Origin: Candidatus Woesearchaeota archaeon UBA525
Lineage (GTDB): Archaea; Nanobdellota; Nanobdellia; Woesearchaeales; UBA525
Reading direction: 5' to 3'
NCBI GenBank assembly: GCA_002498125.1
Contig: DAGG01000013.1
Span: 18,196 to 82,195 of the forward strand
DNA length: 64,000 bases
Shown here: positions 9,801 to 17,275 of the stretch, in pieces
How positions within the stretch are numbered: position 1 is the first letter of the stretch
How the letters are laid out: each line of letters opens with the position of its first letter
Made by a program: the position numbers and the translations under genes
The notes under the pieces: generated by a model
The model's database searches: none
Told to the model about the DNA's origin: nothing
The model's input: the letters and a program-made list of their open reading frames with translations, nothing else

Positions 9801-9958
9801 TGCTGCGCAGTGCCGCCGAGGAGCACAGCGCCTCCATCGCAGAGCGCACAGGCAGCACGAAACTGCAACTCGTCGAGACGCTCACGCAAGGATTGGAGCA
9901 CACGAGCAGCGAGAAGATAAAGGGCGCCGCGTTCATCGTCGGATTCTCCCGCTTATAA
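6803..9958 (+). CDS. ileS: isoleucyl-tRNA synthetase
   Basis: HIGH-like HIGHTWN motif and KMSKS motif, about 1050 aa. Start chosen at MPGPYDFK (ATG 6803); TATA TATTTAAA at 6773..6780 is about 25 nt upstream. The track ORF start at 6704 overlaps the divergent gene. Confidence 0.9.
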   Translation: MPGPYDFKSVESSTREFWEQNRIYEKAKEGNQTPDHKKFYFLDGPPYTSGKAHIGHTWNHALKDVVLRYKRMSGFNVWDRAGYDMHGLPTEHATEKELGIHGREQIEAYGVEKFIDECRKVCIRNMLEMNKVFKSLGVWMDFDNAYQPITKEFIEGEWWFVKTAHEKGRLYEGERTMTWDPTNATALAKHELEYKTITDTAIYVKMRVKDEADTYLIIWTTTPWTIPFNLAIMANPDVTYVKAKVLHDGKQQIWILAKDLMDEFIVDKMGTGYEIIKELKGSDIAGLEYEHPFASKAPIYAELKSRMPKVHTVLMSTEYVDTSTGTGLVHCAPGCGPEDYEVGHRNGIKPFNTLDEQGVLRDLAPFNGLIAKTDDDEFIRLIDEEGALLHTHKYSHEYPHGERSRQPVVFRTTKQWFLKVEDIKDRLIEENNKIAWRPEAAYNAFNSWLENLRDNSISKQRFWGTPIPVWRSTDDPKEYIVVGSAKELAELAGLDKEPEDLHIPTVDKITFKRKGKDGKMHEYRRIPDVLDVWVDAGTTSWNCLFYPGRPDLLKEWYPAAFILEGKDQIRGWFNLLHIASMIAFDKPAFKAVYMHGFINDSQGRKMSKSLGNYILPEEIISKYGVDTTRYYMIGAANPGFDMNYNFDDTDAKFKNMLVYWNMHNYLLELAALGDIKPKPISSLELGLEERYLLSRLNTAIKGMTEAFDEYRLNETPVIVEEFLLDMSRTYIQLVRDKATAGTDEEKETVVSALAHSMLDAMTLFAPIAPYFAEAMYQDLKAAFPEICKEESIHLRQWPTSDGELIDEQLEKDFIIAKDLIGAILAARDKAQLGVRWPASQVRVDCTPVQAEAIRRMETLVKVQTNVKDISFEPVEVEYVIEPNTKTIGKAFGKETQEVMALIARSQEDITQMLRERKSHIMLDQRTIKEEHLDIKRQAPDKYQPGEGNVLRAYLDTTRTPELEREGYAREIIRRIQQLRKTAGLVKSDRIGVEITSADSMLRSAAEEHSASIAERTGSTKLQLVETLTQGLEHTSSEKIKGAAFIVGFSRL

Positions 9959-10042
9959 GCTGCCCAGTCCTGTGAATTTTCTAGCGTAGATGTGCAGGAT
10001 TGAGGGGATAGCTATAAAAAAGAACTGATAGTCTTCTGAATA

Positions 10043-11635
10043 ATGGTTCGTTTTTCACATCTAGCGGCGGCACTCTTGACCTCGGCCACAGTGGTCGGAG
10101 CGCAGACATTGGAAGATAGCTTGCCGAAGTTCTCATTCGAAGCGCCGCGTGAGAAGATGACTGGAACCGTCAATCTCACTGTCAACACAGAGGACCCGAA
10201 CGTGAAGAGTGTCAGCTTTTTCCTCGATGAGATGAAGCACAACTCACGTAGCAGGAATAGCCCTTTCCATCGTGAAATATTCATCGGGCCAATCCCCAAC
10301 CCTCGCAGGCTGTGCGCTGTCGGCTACGATGGGCGACAGAGCCCAATCTACGAGCACTGCACCGTGCTCAACCCAGGACATCGTGCTGCATTCTTCGATT
10401 TCATCACCCCACTCTCTGGACAATATGTGGAGGGAGAAGTACCTGTGCAACTCCAAGTGCACTTGCCCTCGTACGAGAACGTCACAAATATCGAATTCCA
10501 GTACGGCCTTGCAGAGAGCTATACAAAAGCAAACCTGGAACTCATCGGCCAGAAGGAGAAACAGAATCCACACAAAGTGCAGACATACGCCACCTCAATC
10601 TGGATCGACAACCAGTTCACTGTACTAGACGCGACTGTCAAGACAGACCGCCGCCCACCTATCTCCGACACCATCATCGTGAACAACCCCCCGGGCAGGT
10701 TCAGCGAAGCGATAGATGTGAACGCAGCCGAGCGCCTCGTCAGCACGAGAGGAGAGGATGTAAAAAAGGAGAATTTCCGGGTAGTTGACAGGAAGACTGG
10801 CGAGAATTACGAGGTGCTCGAGGCACGCCTGCTCAAAGACATCCCTTTCTCATTCGGTATCGCACTTGACATGTCGAACTCACTGCGGCACGGCACGATG
10901 CTCAGGCAGACGATAGCTCAGCAATTCATAGAGAATATCATGAAGCCCACAGACGCCGCATTCATCTACGGCTTCGGGGATTACATCAGGGAATTCATGC
11001 CCTGGACGAATGACAAGCAGGCGATACAGGAGAAGTTGCTCTCGCTAGGTGACTCGAGATCCTCGATTACGCCAATATACCGCACACTGCTCGATCTCGT
11101 GTATGAGTTCCAGGGCGAACAGGGAGCGCGTGCAGTGATCTTCATCAGCGACGGTGTCGAATTGCTCGACGACAAGCAGGAACCATCAATCCCAGACGGA
11201 CAGAAAATAGGCCTGCCTTTGTTCCACGAGTACCGTGTGCCGCAGAAGGAGGTGCTGGAGTATCTCGCAAAGTCAGGGGTGACGGTGCATACTATAGGTA
11301 TCGAGACCCATTTCCAGGACGGCAGCCGCGTCCAGATAAACAGCGAAGGGCTCAAGGAGATCGCTCGCGTCAGCGGAGGCAACTATTACCATTTGACGCT
11401 GCAAGTGGCAGATGATTACCTGCAGAAGCCAAGTGAAAAGGCAACGCCTGAGGAGAGAAAGAAGATCGCTCAGGAGAATATTAAGAGGATGAAGGAGAAG
11501 AACAAGAGAGATATGGAATCGCTCCAGCAGGTGCAGAGGATATTCGCTGAACTGGAGAAAGACATCAGGACACAGTACTTAGTGACATATAGGCCGACGC
11601 AGCCGAACGCAGTGGAAATCAAGTATTCTCAATAG
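10043..11635 (+). CDS. secreted von Willebrand factor type A (VWA) domain protein
   Basis: Sec-type signal peptide MVRFSHLAAALLTSATVVGA. MIDAS-like DMSNS motif in IALDMSNSL. TATA gcTATAAAAAag about 25 nt upstream. Confidence 0.55.
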   Translation: MVRFSHLAAALLTSATVVGAQTLEDSLPKFSFEAPREKMTGTVNLTVNTEDPNVKSVSFFLDEMKHNSRSRNSPFHREIFIGPIPNPRRLCAVGYDGRQSPIYEHCTVLNPGHRAAFFDFITPLSGQYVEGEVPVQLQVHLPSYENVTNIEFQYGLAESYTKANLELIGQKEKQNPHKVQTYATSIWIDNQFTVLDATVKTDRRPPISDTIIVNNPPGRFSEAIDVNAAERLVSTRGEDVKKENFRVVDRKTGENYEVLEARLLKDIPFSFGIALDMSNSLRHGTMLRQTIAQQFIENIMKPTDAAFIYGFGDYIREFMPWTNDKQAIQEKLLSLGDSRSSITPIYRTLLDLVYEFQGEQGARAVIFISDGVELLDDKQEPSIPDGQKIGLPLFHEYRVPQKEVLEYLAKSGVTVHTIGIETHFQDGSRVQINSEGLKEIARVSGGNYYHLTLQVADDYLQKPSEKATPEERKKIAQENIKRMKEKNKRDMESLQQVQRIFAELEKDIRTQYLVTYRPTQPNAVEIKYSQ

Positions 11636-11640
11636 AACGA

Positions 11641-11690
11641 TGGACCCGGCCAGATTTGAACTGACCATTCTCACTTCGTTCGGAGCCCGG
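11641..11690 (-). pseudogene. tRNA 3'-half-like fragment (degenerate copy of tRNA-Val T-arm and acceptor 3' strand plus conserved trailer motif)
   Basis: tggacccggccagatttgaactgacc matches 20 of 26 nt of the tRNA-Val 3' end. It has no 5' half, so it is not a functional tRNA. Confidence 0.5.
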
Positions 11691-11707
11691 TTCGTATTTT
11701 ATGAGAA

Positions 11708-11779
11708 TGGACCCGCCCGGATTTGAACCGGGGACCTCTACCGTGTGAAGGTAGCGCTCTACCACTAAGCTACGGGTCC
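11708..11779 (-). tRNA. tRNA-Val (anticodon CAC), CCA not encoded
   Basis: Manual fold GGACCCG-TA-GCTT-AGTGGTA-GAGC-G-CTACC-TTCACAC-GGTAG-AGGTC-CCCGG-TTCAAAT-CCGGG-CGGGTCC-A. Confidence 0.8.
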
Positions 11780-11870
11780 GCTTCGCGTCCCCTACTTTGC
11801 CTTCTCTACGAACGCAAAGTACGGGTCCTTATCCTGGAGTGCTGCGAAGGGCTTTATAAAAATATCGTGG

Positions 11871-12185
11871 TCAAGCCAATGCTTGCTCAACCGCCTCGGC
11901 AGTCACATCACGATGCGACGCGTGCCACACCGACTTGCCCTTGCACAGTACGATTACCTGCGGCGACTCGTGCCTGATGCCGGTGATCCGCTCGATAGCG
12001 TCAGACACTTGCCGCGACTCAATAACCTTCACCAGGTAGATATCACGACGTCCGGCCAGTTCCTCCATCTCTGCGTGCGCTGCAGCGCTTATCGGGCACT
12101 GCGTGCTGTGCTTGAACACGATGGCCGTTTCCCTGGAGAGCAGTTCCTCGAACTCCTCCACACTTCTCAATTCAACCATTACCAT
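11871..12185 (-). CDS. ytxJ: YtxJ-like thioredoxin-fold protein (bacillithiol-system type, DUF2847)
   Basis: TQCPIS motif; about 104 aa. Confidence 0.55.
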   Translation of the reverse strand: MVMVELRSVEEFEELLSRETAIVFKHSTQCPISAAAHAEMEELAGRRDIYLVKVIESRQVSDAIERITGIRHESPQVIVLCKGKSVWHASHRDVTAEAVEQALA

Positions 12186-12195
12186 CCGTCACCTC

Positions 12196-12912
12196 TCATC
12201 TTGACCTCTTAACTCCGATACGCGGACACAGGTCAAACATCGGACATTGTGAGCATTTCGGACTCACTGGTACGCACAGGTGCTGCCCGAATGATACGAG
12301 CAAATCGTTATACGACATCCAGTATCTCCTGGGCAACTTCGCGCGCAATTCCATCTCTGTGCCGTGCGGATCCTTTGTCTTGACATAGCCCCAGATATTG
12401 CTAATCCGGTGCACGTGCGTATCTACGCACATCGCGTGCTTGCGGTAGCCGAGCGTAAGCACGAGATTCGCGGTCTTGCGTCCTACACCAGGAAGCCGCA
12501 GAAGGGCATCCATATCAGGAGGAACCACACCACCATGCTCGCCGAGCAGGAGTTCGCATGTTCGCTGTATCGAACGCGCTTTCGTCTTGTAGAACCCTAC
12601 CGGATAGATGAGACGCGCCATCCTCTCGACAGGCAGCGCTGCCATAGCGCGCGGAGTATCTGCGACGGCGAACAGCCGCTCTGACGCCGCCGCAGTCACG
12701 AGATCCTTGGTGCGCAGCGAGAGCATGGTCGATATGAGCACCTTGAACGGGTCGCCTGCTGTGTTCGCGACCAGCGTCACGATAGGCAAGTCATACTGCC
12801 GCACCTCGCGCTTGATGCGGCGGAGCGCCTCGCCGATGTTCCTGTTGTCGACAGGTCCCGGCCGCATCGTGCGGCGCGGCACGAGTTGCCGTGGTTCAGG
12901 CATCACAGACAT
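12196..12912 (-). CDS. nth: endonuclease III (HhH-GPD DNA glycosylase with 4Fe-4S cluster)
   Basis: LPGVGRKTANLVL helix-hairpin-helix and C-x6-C-x2-C-x5-C cluster at the C-terminus. Start uncertain: 12912 (MSVMPEP), 12867 or 13005. Confidence 0.8.
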   Translation of the reverse strand: MSVMPEPRQLVPRRTMRPGPVDNRNIGEALRRIKREVRQYDLPIVTLVANTAGDPFKVLISTMLSLRTKDLVTAAASERLFAVADTPRAMAALPVERMARLIYPVGFYKTKARSIQRTCELLLGEHGGVVPPDMDALLRLPGVGRKTANLVLTLGYRKHAMCVDTHVHRISNIWGYVKTKDPHGTEMELRAKLPRRYWMSYNDLLVSFGQHLCVPVSPKCSQCPMFDLCPRIGVKRSR

Positions 12913-13757
12913 GCGATTACCTCTACTTTGCGCACCTTTCTTGCGAGATTGTCTCTCGCCCATTGGAAGATGAACTGCTGCGCGAGGCCAGCATCCTTCC
13001 CCCAACGATGTTGAGCGAAATCACGCGCTCTTCGTTCATCGGAAAAATGCTCGTGAGGGAAAAGCGCCTGCATTGCCCTCAGCACGTGCACATCCACAGG
13101 GAATGCCTCTCCGTGTCCGAGCGCGAAGAGGCAAATGCAATCAGCCACTTTGGGTCCGATGCCTGGCAGTGATTTGAGGAGTTCGTGGCTGTGATCGTAG
13201 TCAGCGACAGATAGTTCGTTCAACATATCTCCGGTGAGTAACGCATTGGTCCCGACGAGGAACTTCGCGCGGTACCCGGTCTTCGCGGCGGTGACTGCTC
13301 CGAGATCGAGCTCCTGACCGGGCAACGGTAGATGCGCATGCCCTCCAACGACACGGCCGCAAGACTGCGCAATCAGCCTCAGGTTCAGCCTGATCTTCGG
13401 GATATTACTCATGCTGGAGCAGATGAAGCCGAGCGTCGCCTCGTGCAGGTCCTGCCGCATCACGCGCAGGCCAGGATACATCGCGACGACTGGCAAGAGC
13501 ACAGGATCGGCACGCAGCCGTGCGATACGCTCATCGTACTGCGGGACGAGCTGGAACAAGTGCCTGATGAACTCCTCGTCCGCTCCACCATAGCAGAGAG
13601 CGCCATCTTCTTGCCGGATGACGACGGCCTTGCCTTGCGTCAGCAGCAGATAGCCTTCTCCATGCTCCTCATACCTGAAGAACTGCCCACTCTCGAGCGT
13701 CAAACGCAGGTCAAAATCCTGCACGATGAGACATCGCTCCCCCATGATGTTGTGCAC
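12903..13757 (-). CDS. ogg: 8-oxoguanine DNA glycosylase / AP lyase (OGG1-type HhH-GPD)
   Basis: LPGIGPKVADCICLF and DVH motifs; 284 aa. Confidence 0.7.
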   Translation of the reverse strand: MHNIMGERCLIVQDFDLRLTLESGQFFRYEEHGEGYLLLTQGKAVVIRQEDGALCYGGADEEFIRHLFQLVPQYDERIARLRADPVLLPVVAMYPGLRVMRQDLHEATLGFICSSMSNIPKIRLNLRLIAQSCGRVVGGHAHLPLPGQELDLGAVTAAKTGYRAKFLVGTNALLTGDMLNELSVADYDHSHELLKSLPGIGPKVADCICLFALGHGEAFPVDVHVLRAMQALFPHEHFSDERRARDFAQHRWGKDAGLAQQFIFQWARDNLARKVRKVEVIACL

Positions 13758-13797
13758 GACAGAGATTATTTAAATATGATGTCCGGGTCTTCAGCCC

Positions 13798-14256
13798 ATG
13801 GGATTCGCGAAGAGGATAGGATCTGCGCTCCTGCGATGGATCAAACGCACGCTCGGACTGCACCCCATACGGGATATCACCATCAGCGCAGGAGTGCTCG
13901 ACGACATCAGCGACATGGCAGGCTCAGCGCACCCCAAGGAGATGCTGGCGTTCATGTCATCAACCCGCGGTAACCGGCACGGCATCGTGTATATCGATGA
14001 GATCCAACTACAGGCGTACGTCGCCTCGGAGGATAGCGCGACATTCCACACGTGGAACATGCCGACAGTGACTGGCATCGTAGGCACCGTCCATAGCCAT
14101 CCCGGCGGCAGCAAACGTCCATCAGATGCTGATCTGCACCTGTTCTCGAAATTCGGATATATCCACGCCATCATCGGAGAACCGTACAGGCCGAGGGATA
14201 TCAGGTTCTACAATAAGGACGGCATCGCTATCGCGGTGCGTGTCGTCGATGATTGA
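13798..14256 (+). CDS. JAB/MPN (JAMM) metalloprotease domain protein
   Basis: JAMM motif E...HSHPGGSKRPSDAD. TATA gATTATTTAAATat upstream. Confidence 0.65.
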   Translation: MGFAKRIGSALLRWIKRTLGLHPIRDITISAGVLDDISDMAGSAHPKEMLAFMSSTRGNRHGIVYIDEIQLQAYVASEDSATFHTWNMPTVTGIVGTVHSHPGGSKRPSDADLHLFSKFGYIHAIIGEPYRPRDIRFYNKDGIAIAVRVVDD

Positions 14257-14333
14257 ACGCAGCGAAGCATATTTAAAGCCGCCGCGCATGCCTCAACGAA
14301 GATGCCGTCCGCATCAGAATCTAAGGTGATACT

Positions 14334-14858
14334 ATGATCAAAGTAGGTGAAAGAGCCCCAGTATTCAGCGCAGATGCATACGTGAACGGTCAAGTGGCCC
14401 GCGTGAACGCATCGGACTTCAAGAAGAAGTGGATCGTCCTATTCTTCTATCCGCGCGACTTCACATTCGTGTGCCCGACTGAAATCAACGGTTTCGCAAA
14501 GCTCGAGCCGGAGTTCAAGAAGCACAACGCCGTCGTCATCGGCGCGAGCACCGACAGCGTGCACAGCCACAAGGCGTGGTTCGAACGCGATCTTCCGACA
14601 GTGAAGTACCCTGTGCTCGCTGACACGAGCCATGCTATCGCGCGCGCGTACGACATCCTCATCGAGGACACGGGCGAAGCGCTCCGCGGGACATTCATTA
14701 TCGATCCCGACGGGATACTGCAGTATGCGGTCGTCAGCAACCTGAACGTCGGAAGGAGCATCGATGAGACGCTGCGTACGCTCGAGGCGTTGCAGACAGG
14801 CGGACTGTGCCCTGTCGAATGGAAACCGGGCCAGGAAACGCTCAACAAGAAGAAGTGA
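14334..14858 (+). CDS. ahpC: peroxiredoxin (AhpC/TSA, 2-Cys)
   Basis: FTFVCPTEI peroxidatic Cys motif; SD AGGTGA upstream. Confidence 0.9.
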   Translation: MIKVGERAPVFSADAYVNGQVARVNASDFKKKWIVLFFYPRDFTFVCPTEINGFAKLEPEFKKHNAVVIGASTDSVHSHKAWFERDLPTVKYPVLADTSHAIARAYDILIEDTGEALRGTFIIDPDGILQYAVVSNLNVGRSIDETLRTLEALQTGGLCPVEWKPGQETLNKKK

Positions 14859-14869
14859 ATTCCTCTTCT

Positions 14870-14890
14870 TCTCATTATTTTTTTTTGATA
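14870..14890 (+). terminator. oligo-T terminator after peroxiredoxin
   Basis: A run of about nine T immediately 3' of the stop. Confidence 0.4.
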
Positions 14891-15020
14891 TCCTTCTGCG
14901 ATTTCCCATTATTCCTGCACACTCTCGTATAATTTATAAAGCGTAAGCACCGGGTTAAGTGTGGTGGTGGCTGGATCTCGGGGCCATCGCGGCTTCACAA
15001 GAACCTGAGAGGAGAAAAAG

Positions 15021-15119
15021 ATGGCAAAGAAGAAAGCAGCCAAGAAGGCAGTGAAGAGAACTACGACGAAGAAGAAAGCGCCTGCACGCAAGAAGGCCGT
15101 CAAGAAGAAGAAGCAGTAA
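15021..15119 (+). CDS. 32-aa Lys/Ala-rich highly basic peptide (MAKKKAAKKAVKRTTTKKKAPARKKAVKKKKQ)
   Basis: Strong SD GAGGAG 7 nt upstream. It is not in the ORF track because it is under 60 aa. Composition resembles histone-H1/Hc1-like tails. Confidence 0.4.
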   Translation: MAKKKAAKKAVKRTTTKKKAPARKKAVKKKKQ

Positions 15120-15192
15120 TGCTTCATTTTCTTTCTTTTTACCCAATCCAATCAGTCTCGTTTCTCGATAACCGCACCAAACGTCTATATGT

Positions 15193-15729
15193 TTGCTGAT
15201 TGAACTGCGCGGGATGGACGCGATAAAATTCCTCAAGCAAGAGCACAAACGTATCAATGGACTCATCGATGATCTGCATAAGACCACAGAACGGGCCAAG
15301 CTGACGCGCCTCAAACTCCTCGCGGAGATCACTGAACAACTCGATGTCCATTCGCAGATCGAAGAGGAGATATTCTATCCGGAGTTCAACCGCGTGGCCA
15401 AGAAGAGAGAGCACCGCATCCTGCGACAGGAGGCTGAAGAGGAGCACGCGATAGTCGACCGTCTACTCAGGGAGATGCGCAGTTCGGATGTCGAGACAGA
15501 AGGATTCTCAGCGAAGGCAAAAGTGCTCAAGGACCTCGTAGAGCACCACGTCGAGGAAGAAGAAAAGCAGATGCTGCCGATGGCGAAGCGATTGATGTCT
15601 CCGGGGCTACTGCGCGAGCTCGGCGAGCGCATGCAGCAGCGCAAAGAGGAGATTGAGGACACGATAGCAGTCAATGCGCTCGTGGCGGCGACCCGTGATG
15701 ATGCAATCGCTGCGAAGAGGGTACAGTAG
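15193..15729 (+). CDS. hemerythrin HHE cation-binding domain protein
   Basis: H...HxxxE...H-rich four-helix pattern (EHKRING, HSQIEEE, HHVEEEE). Start may be the internal Met near 15214. Confidence 0.6.
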   Translation: MLIELRGMDAIKFLKQEHKRINGLIDDLHKTTERAKLTRLKLLAEITEQLDVHSQIEEEIFYPEFNRVAKKREHRILRQEAEEEHAIVDRLLREMRSSDVETEGFSAKAKVLKDLVEHHVEEEEKQMLPMAKRLMSPGLLRELGERMQQRKEEIEDTIAVNALVAATRDDAIAAKRVQ

Positions 15730-15824
15730 AAAGAGTGAAGATAGAAAGAGTGAAGACGCCCCCACGGGGCAATCTCACTAGCGTTCGGAGCCCCGCGGGG
15801 ACCACGAATGCAGCGAAGCGAAAT

Positions 15825-15896
15825 ACGCCCCCACGGGGAATTGAACCCCGGTCTCAGGGTTCGGAACCCTGAAGTCTATCCGTTAGCCTATGGGGG
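15825..15896 (-). tRNA. tRNA-Arg (anticodon CCG), CCA not encoded
   Basis: Manual fold: acceptor GCCCCCA/TGGGGGC, anticodon arm CAGGG-TTCCGAA-CCCTG, T arm CGGGG-TTCAATT-CCCCG. The D stem has one mismatch, shared with the second Arg tRNA. Confidence 0.7.
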
Positions 15897-16078
15897 CAGG
15901 ATCATTGAATCCTGATACAGGGGAACTCATTCCCCTCGCGCCGGCGTAGCATTGAACTATTTATAAAACTGACTTCCTCGTGAACGCACAGATTATTTTC
16001 CCTAAGTGAAGAAAACGTGCGCATTCTTTGTCCATTCATCACCTAACATATTTAGGCATACGGAGCGTAGGATGCCAT

Positions 16079-16426
16079 ATGACTAAGAAACGCACACGCG
16101 CCAGCACCAGAACTAGCGCTGCGATGCAGATGGTTGCTGCAGGCACATCCACAATCGCGGATTCACTCCTCACCACGACCGCATACAGGCTCAGGGAGGA
16201 GACCGACATCCTGTTCGCCAAACTGGAGGAGCATGCGCTCAATCTCAGGTCCCGCCTGATGAACGGCATGTACTTCTCCATGATGATGGCTGCGGCGACC
16301 GTTTTTCTTATCGTGTCATTCCTGCTCTTCATGGTGCAAGTAGGGCTCTCATGGGCCACGGCATTCCTAATCGGCAGCGTCATACTCTTCGTGGCAGCCA
16401 TAGCATTCCATCTCATCAAGAAGTAA
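16079..16426 (+). CDS. YqjE-like inner-membrane protein (DUF1469 / holin-like family)
   Basis: Basic N-terminus then two adjacent TM helices. ATG at 16079 within the TTG-initiated track ORF. Confidence 0.4.
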   Translation: MTKKRTRASTRTSAAMQMVAAGTSTIADSLLTTTAYRLREETDILFAKLEEHALNLRSRLMNGMYFSMMMAAATVFLIVSFLLFMVQVGLSWATAFLIGSVILFVAAIAFHLIKK

Positions 16427-16440
16427 AGGAGGCGATACGA

Positions 16441-16806
16441 TTGGCAAAGAGAAATAGCAGATCAACACGTAACTCGAACTCTCGCAAGGGAACACAAGCA
16501 TCAACCACCACAGTTAGACGTGCGCAGAAAAGGATAGATTCCACTATCGACCGCGCAGCGAATAGGGTGAGCAGCGGCATGAAACGTGCGGTGAACAAGG
16601 CCGCTACCCGATCGACGGCAAGTGAACGCAAGCTGCGCGCGCAGACGCGCAAGCAGATGGACCGCGCCAAGAAGACGCTGAACAACGCTGACCGCAAGGT
16701 CTCAGGATACATAAGGAACAACCCGAAGAAAGCCGTAGCCATGGCCGCAGGCATCGGAGCGGCAGTGACTGCAGCAGTGGCCGCAGCGATGCGGAAGAGA
16801 AGGTGA
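16441..16806 (+). CDS. ElaB/YqjD/YgaM-like protein (DUF883), C-terminal membrane anchor
   Basis: C-terminus YIRNNPKKAVAMAAGIGAAVTAAVAAAMRKRR matches the DUF883 tail. Proposed TTG start 7 nt after AGGAGG; alternatively ATG 16351 overlapping the upstream gene. Confidence 0.5.
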   Translation: MAKRNSRSTRNSNSRKGTQASTTTVRRAQKRIDSTIDRAANRVSSGMKRAVNKAATRSTASERKLRAQTRKQMDRAKKTLNNADRKVSGYIRNNPKKAVAMAAGIGAAVTAAVAAAMRKRR

Positions 16807-16810
16807 ATTT

Positions 16811-16996
16811 ATGGACGCGACAAAAAAGATAGGACGCGCCATGGATAAGACTGCGAGGGCTATCAAGCGTGGCACAAAGAAGCTGACGCGCGCGGTAGGC
16901 ATCGGCAAGAAATCGAGCCGCGGATCGAAATCCCGCTCCGGCAGATCATCCACGCGCAACTCTAGCGGCAAGCGCGTCACCGGGAAGCGGAGGTGA
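16811..16996 (+). CDS. small basic protein (61 aa, Lys/Arg/Ser-rich)
   Basis: ORF directly follows the DUF883 gene. Low complexity. Confidence 0.3.
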   Translation: MDATKKIGRAMDKTARAIKRGTKKLTRAVGIGKKSSRGSKSRSGRSSTRNSSGKRVTGKRR

Positions 16997-17220
16997 GTCC
17001 CGTCCTATTTTTCTCCTATTTTGACGAGGTGAAAAAACTATTGGACCGTATCGATAAGGAGGTGGAGAGCTACGGCAGGGAAGTAGGCCGTGTGCTGGAC
17101 AAACTTGATGACCTCGTGGGACCGGAGCCGCGCAAGAGGACCACGAAGAGAGCGACTACCAAGAGGGCGACGAAAAGAGTGGTAAATAGACCTGTCAAGA
17201 AAAACGCCCCCGCGAGGTAA
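16993..17220 (+). CDS. small coiled-coil protein with basic tail (75 aa)
   Basis: Overlaps the previous ORF by 4 nt; C-terminal KR-rich repeats TTKRATTKRATKR. Confidence 0.3.
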   Translation: MSPVLFFSYFDEVKKLLDRIDKEVESYGREVGRVLDKLDDLVGPEPRKRTTKRATTKRATKRVVNRPVKKNAPAR

Positions 17221-17275
17221 TCTCAGTTGCCTTCGAGACCTCGCGGGGACCTTGAATGACTGAAAGGAATGAGAA

